A stretch of DNA of 64,000 nt from a virus: IMG/VR virus record IMGVR_UViG_3300045988_161245, positions 1 to 64,000 of that record; one strand, given 5' to 3'. Shown here one piece after another: positions 60,489-64,000 of this stretch (the first letter of the stretch is position 1; each line of letters begins with the position of its first letter). The position numbers and the translations under genes were made by a program. A model generated the notes under the pieces. That model saw only the letters and a list, made by a program, of their open reading frames with translations, had not been told where the DNA came from and made no database searches.

Positions 60489-60853
60489 AATTCATACATC
60501 AGTAATAACCATTCTTCTTCTGTCAAGACATCTGCCTCATCAGACATAAGAGCATCTAATATATTTTCATGCTTTTCACAGAATTCTTTTATAACGTCTT
60601 CTCTAATATCGTCATAAGAAAAGAACAATTCTTTCTGCTCACTTTTACCAAACAATAATTCCTGACATTCTGGACAATACCCAGTTTTTAAAAATTCCCT
60701 TACTGTTGGACTTGTGTTTGAAAGGGCATTCTGAATCAAGCTTCCATATGCAATATATTTTTTGTACTGATCATATTCAACTTCTGTCAATTTGACAAAA
60801 TGTGTTTTACCGCACATTGGGCATTCTTTTTTTACAATTTTTGAATATTTCAT
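60485..60853 (-). CDS. zinc-ribbon hypothetical protein (122 aa)
   Basis: CPMCG...CPECQ pairs. Confidence 0.6.
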   Translation of the reverse strand: MKYSKIVKKECPMCGKTHFVKLTEVEYDQYKKYIAYGSLIQNALSNTSPTVREFLKTGYCPECQELLFGKSEQKELFFSYDDIREDVIKEFCEKHENILDALMSDEADVLTEEEWLLLMYEF

Positions 60854-60882
60854 TTTTCTTCTCCGATCAAATACGAATTTTA

Positions 60883-61038
60883 TTATTCAACCTCAATCAT
60901 TATTTGTTTTTTTCCTTCATTTTCATTTTCAAAAGAAAAACAATATTCATATGGTTCGCCGGTGTGTCTATCAAAAATAACTATTTCTGCATCCGGATCG
61001 TAATGCATTAAAGATTTGACTAACTGATCTACTGTCAT
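60883..61038 (-). CDS. hypothetical protein (51 aa, below ORF-track cutoff)
   Basis: Hand-translated MTVDQLVKSLMHYDPDAEIVIFDRHTGEPYE... Confidence 0.45.
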   Translation of the reverse strand: MTVDQLVKSLMHYDPDAEIVIFDRHTGEPYEYCFSFENENEGKKQIMIEVE

Positions 61039-61055
61039 AATTTTCAACTTCCTTT

Positions 61056-61487
61056 CTAATTTGCATGATCATAACTATAACCATTTTCTGCCACATATTT
61101 ATCAAGAGCTTCAAACATATCTCTTTCAAGCTGCTCTGCCCAATTGTCTGATTCCCAATTTACATTAATATCATGATCGACATAATCATCAGACCTCCAA
61201 TCATTTTCATTATCTCCACACTTAATACAGGCAAAGTAATCAATAATTGGACGTTTATCACCAGGATGTTTTCCAACCTGTTCATATGTCATTAAATTTA
61301 CCTCAATGTCTACATAACCGATTTCAAGAATAGCAATTCCTCTTTCCGGATCACCACTCTCATATAACCCTTTCATATAGTTGTTTCGAATATCTTCAAT
61401 ATCGTTTTCAATTCCATTTAATGCAAAGTTATAATCAGATCTCTGTCTTGCTTCCTCAAACGTCATAGTCTTCGTCTCCTTACCCAA
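61056..61487 (-). CDS. hypothetical protein (143 aa)
   Basis: ORF track. Confidence 0.6.
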   Translation of the reverse strand: MGKETKTMTFEEARQRSDYNFALNGIENDIEDIRNNYMKGLYESGDPERGIAILEIGYVDIEVNLMTYEQVGKHPGDKRPIIDYFACIKCGDNENDWRSDDYVDHDINVNWESDNWAEQLERDMFEALDKYVAENGYSYDHAN

Positions 61488-61848
61488 AATTGAACTGAGG
61501 ATTATCTTTTCGCTGAATACATTCTCTTAACCACTGTTTTACTTCCTCATTCCAATAGCACAGTCCGTTTGTGAACGTTCCACAAGAATAAATAATTAAT
61601 CCGTCTTTTTCAATCTGTTCAACCCAGTAACGGTATCTTTCATCATCCCTTGATGAAATACAAGAACTATCTAAATGCAATTCTTTATCATTTTTATCAT
61701 CAGGATTAACAAAAAACATAGAACCTTCATATTTCCCTTTTACCATTCCAAATAGCCAATCTGCAATTTCCTCTAACGAAGAGAATATTTTAACTTCTTG
61801 GGTTCCACCATAGCCGTAACGATATTTTTCATATTTTACCTTATACAT
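61480..61848 (-). CDS. hypothetical protein (122 aa)
   Basis: ORF track. Confidence 0.6.
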   Translation of the reverse strand: MYKVKYEKYRYGYGGTQEVKIFSSLEEIADWLFGMVKGKYEGSMFFVNPDDKNDKELHLDSSCISSRDDERYRYWVEQIEKDGLIIYSCGTFTNGLCYWNEEVKQWLRECIQRKDNPQFNFG

Positions 61849-61875
61849 ATTTTATCTCCTTATAAAATGCGGATT

Positions 61876-62043
61876 TTATAGTTCTGTTACATCACACCAA
61901 CTGTCGCAGCAATTCTCTGGACCATCTTCTTTGCCCTCCTGGATTCTATATCTGAGAATATCTTCTGCTTCTTCTGGTGAGTTGGCTTCGATTTCATAAT
62001 TCTCTTCATAGGTTTCATGGTAAGTTACACTATACTTTTTCAT
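61876..62043 (-). CDS. hypothetical protein (55 aa, below ORF-track cutoff), paralog of 62045-62224
   Basis: Hand-translated MKKYSVTYHETYEENYEIEANSPEEAEDIL... Confidence 0.45.
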   Translation of the reverse strand: MKKYSVTYHETYEENYEIEANSPEEAEDILRYRIQEGKEDGPENCCDSWCDVTEL

Positions 62044-62044
62044 T

Positions 62045-62224
62045 TTAATTTTCCTTTCTTGCTCTTAAAATTTCTGACGCAATATATTCGGTTCCCACAT
62101 AAGTGGCTGGTTCATCATTCTCATATGATTTATTTCTAGAAATTTCTTTTGCTTCTTCCGGATCATCTGCATCAACAACAGAGTAACGCTCGTAAACTTT
62201 TCTTTCGAGTACTATATATTGCAT
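62045..62224 (-). CDS. hypothetical protein (59 aa, below ORF-track cutoff), paralog of 61876-62043
   Basis: Hand-translated MQYIVLERKVYERYSVVDADDPEEAKEISR... Confidence 0.45.
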   Translation of the reverse strand: MQYIVLERKVYERYSVVDADDPEEAKEISRNKSYENDEPATYVGTEYIASEILRARKEN

Positions 62225-62258
62225 GTAAAATTCCCCCTTAAAATTTCCGTTTTATTGT

Positions 62259-62444
62259 TTAAAAGTTTAAGCAGATAATTTCCTTAATCTGTTCGATTAC
62301 TCTTTTATGCTCTGATACCATAAGCATCACAGCAAATTCGCTCCTATCTTTAATATCTGCATACTGTTTAATATCTGGTTCACAATATGTTTCACTATAT
62401 TCAGTTAATAAATCCATCAACTGAATTAGATCTTCTTTACTCAT
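62259..62444 (-). CDS. hypothetical protein (61 aa)
   Basis: Start moved to ATG 62444, an ATGA overlap with the upstream stop. Confidence 0.5.
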   Translation of the reverse strand: MSKEDLIQLMDLLTEYSETYCEPDIKQYADIKDRSEFAVMLMVSEHKRVIEQIKEIICLNF

Positions 62445-63166
62445 GCAATTACTTCCCATTCTTCGTTTTTCTCTTCACGCTTTCCTTTAAAAATCTGACC
62501 TTTATAGTATCTAAACATGTATTCCCAAATCCTTGGAATGGATAAAAGCTTTTGCTTTATAATTTCAATTTCTCTTCCACCATGATCCGCTTCATATTTT
62601 TCTAAAGCCCAATCAATGTTTTCATATACATCTAAAAGTCTACAGTAGATATGATTTTTATATCTGTTTTCCCTTTGAATCTTTAAATGTTTTTCACATT
62701 CCTCGTATGTATCAAACACATCATCAGGATAATAATCATTGTGCTCACCATATCCAAGTGGATAGCCATGCGCTTTTTTAACTATTCTATAAAAACCATG
62801 GTCAATTTCTGCTTCAATAAATTTATCAACTATTGGAGCAATCACTAATAAACCATTGTCAAACAACTCCTGTATTCTTTTTGTATCTTTTACATTGACA
62901 GTTCCAAATTCTGCAACATATTTTTCATATTTCCATTGGTCAATAGATTCTTCCCAAAGTCTTGTGTTATAGGTCCAGTCTTTAGGTAACTTTTTGAACT
63001 CAATTTCTGATTCAAATTCATCAAACGGAATTCCATTAATCAACCGAACTTCTGGTGTTCTGAGCCTTTTTACAACATGTGTACATGTGCTTTTATAGCT
63101 GTATGCACCAAAAATAACCATATCATTTTCTATGAAATAACAGATCTGGTTTTCTTTCATTTCCAT
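62441..63166 (-). CDS. hypothetical protein (241 aa)
   Basis: ORF track. Confidence 0.65.
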   Translation of the reverse strand: MEMKENQICYFIENDMVIFGAYSYKSTCTHVVKRLRTPEVRLINGIPFDEFESEIEFKKLPKDWTYNTRLWEESIDQWKYEKYVAEFGTVNVKDTKRIQELFDNGLLVIAPIVDKFIEAEIDHGFYRIVKKAHGYPLGYGEHNDYYPDDVFDTYEECEKHLKIQRENRYKNHIYCRLLDVYENIDWALEKYEADHGGREIEIIKQKLLSIPRIWEYMFRYYKGQIFKGKREEKNEEWEVIA

Positions 63167-63408
63167 TACCCCTCCGTCAAACTATCAAGTGCAAACATAA
63201 ATGCTGCAACCTCTCTATCACTTGTAATAAAATCGCCTCTATAATTTGCAAATTTTCCAACAAAATCTCCATGATCATTTAAGAATTTGTCTCCGGCTTC
63301 TACTGCTTCATTAAAACCTGCAACTTGATCTCGATTTTTATACAAAAAATCATATTCTTCATCAAATTTCTTTTTAAACATTTCAATATCTACATTAAAT
63401 TCTCTCAT
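63166..63408 (-). CDS. hypothetical protein (80 aa)
   Basis: ORF track. Confidence 0.55.
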   Translation of the reverse strand: MREFNVDIEMFKKKFDEEYDFLYKNRDQVAGFNEAVEAGDKFLNDHGDFVGKFANYRGDFITSDREVAAFMFALDSLTEG

Positions 63409-63423
63409 TTTCCCCTTACCTCA

Positions 63424-63657
63424 CTAAACCACATAGAAATATGATTTTTTGATTTCCGGTGCATATTTGTAAAAACCTACGCAGTCAAGACCAACAAATC
63501 TCTTACTGGTCATTTTATCTTTCTCTTCCTGGGTAAGAAGTCTGTCAATAGTAACACGGATGGCGCTACGACCATCCATCAACCGAACATCTTTAAAATC
63601 TACAGTGTCACATTTAACACTGTTTGGAAGTAACTCAATTAATTTTTCAATACACAT
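63424..63657 (-). CDS. hypothetical protein (77 aa)
   Basis: Start moved to ATG 63657 with GGAGG upstream. Confidence 0.55.
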   Translation of the reverse strand: MCIEKLIELLPNSVKCDTVDFKDVRLMDGRSAIRVTIDRLLTQEEKDKMTSKRFVGLDCVGFYKYAPEIKKSYFYVV

Positions 63658-63658
63658 A

Positions 63659-63808
63659 TTATTTATCCTCCGTTTCTCTTGCTTCTTTTTGTTTACCACG
63701 TTCTCTAATATGTTCTACCATCCAATCAGCAGAACCATTTCGCTTACAAGTCCTAGCAAATCGTTCATAGAACGGAAGATCTTTCCATCTCGGTTTATTT
63801 TTCTTCAT
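63659..63808 (-). CDS. basic hypothetical protein (49 aa; shorter model of track ORF 63659-63910)
   Basis: ATG 63808 (MKKNKPRWKDLPFYERF...) with GGAG 10 nt upstream; the upstream part of the track ORF conflicts with a better-supported ORF. Confidence 0.4.
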   Translation of the reverse strand: MKKNKPRWKDLPFYERFARTCKRNGSADWMVEHIRERGKQKEARETEDK

Positions 63809-63917
63809 TTTTTCTTGCTCCATCATCTTTTTTGTCATCAGTTTCGTAAGCACATTTTGAACCTGGCAATTTACAAGAACATGATTCATAAGTGCATGTA
63901 CATTCATCACATTTCAT
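63795..63917 (-). CDS. Cys-rich small protein (40 aa, below ORF-track cutoff)
   Basis: Hand-translated MKCDECTCTYESCSCKLPGSKCAYE...; strong GGAGGTAAGG RBS. Confidence 0.4.
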   Translation of the reverse strand: MKCDECTCTYESCSCKLPGSKCAYETDDKKDDGARKNEEK

Positions 63918-63934
63918 TTACCTTACCTCCGTTT

Positions 63935-64000
63935 TTAATTCATCAGCGTATTATATGCTTCATCCAATGAGCAACTTAACCCAATCATTAACATCATACA
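63935..64000 (-). CDS. hypothetical protein, 3' end only (enters from right edge)
   Basis: Open frame from the window edge to TAA at 63935-63937. Confidence 0.3.
   Translation of the reverse strand, partial: CMMLMIGLSCSLDEAYNTLMN

Noticed and set aside
333-63970. Plus-strand ORFs in the track (e.g. 333-836, 39462-39977, 46381-46689, 54303-54716, 59705-60025, 63560-63970)
   Set aside because: All lie antisense to better minus-strand genes. They translate to low-complexity Phe/Ile/Leu/Ser-rich strings typical of the reverse complement of AT-rich coding DNA. Where I looked, they lack RBSs and promoters.
1-64000. Alternative genetic code (TAG or TGA reassignment, as in some large gut phages)
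   Set aside because: Standard-code ORFs tile the window almost without gaps. Long enzymes (728, 533, 459, 390 aa) are uninterrupted. The only two interruptions seen are a frameshift (6330) and a TAA (48891), not TAG/TGA.
1-64000. CRISPR arrays, rRNA or tRNA genes
   Set aside because: No regularly spaced direct repeats were seen. None of the intergenic gaps inspected contains a cloverleaf-compatible sequence.

Overview
This is a strongly AT-rich 64-kb window (roughly 30% G+C by eye, not computed). Essentially every credible gene lies on the minus strand. Genes are tightly packed, with ATGA/TAATG stop-start overlaps and GGAGG-type ribosome-binding sites. This is the architecture of an accessory or early arm of a large Firmicutes-type bacteriophage or phage-plasmid. 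There are about 150 mostly small ORFs, and I recognised no capsid, tail, terminase or replisome gene.

Recognisable content:
- An island of five methyltransferase genes at 4.7-9.2 kb (C5-cytosine, a frameshifted SPPY beta-class enzyme, a class I SAM enzyme, a Dam-like enzyme and a small NPPF enzyme), plus a Lar-like restriction-alleviation gene.
- An RNA-repair block: a Pnkp-type kinase-phosphatase-ligase with no adjacent Hen1, together with a Thg1-like 3'-5' polymerase.
- A short PurA/PurZ-family enzyme inside a vWA/LemA/membrane-protein operon.
- Two free-standing GIY-YIG homing endonucleases.
- Two TnpB elements, one IS605-like with repeated flanks and one IS607-like with only a MerR-type HTH remnant of tnpA.
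- A sigma-70-like gene next to a DUF262/ParB-like gene.
- An EndoA/MazF-type toxin with no recognisable antitoxin.
- An intergenic hub carrying two Gram-positive LexA (Cheo) boxes, back-to-back promoters and a bidirectional terminator.
- A tyrosine integrase followed by a HicA-like gene.
- A LexA DNA-binding-domain-only protein.
- The only convincing plus-strand gene: a 27-aa hydrophobic peptide with its own promoter and structured leader, which is type I toxin-like.

All calls come from reading motifs by eye. No searches, alignments or folding calculations were run. Element and RNA boundaries are approximate, and many start codons are uncertain. CDS coordinates include the stop codon.
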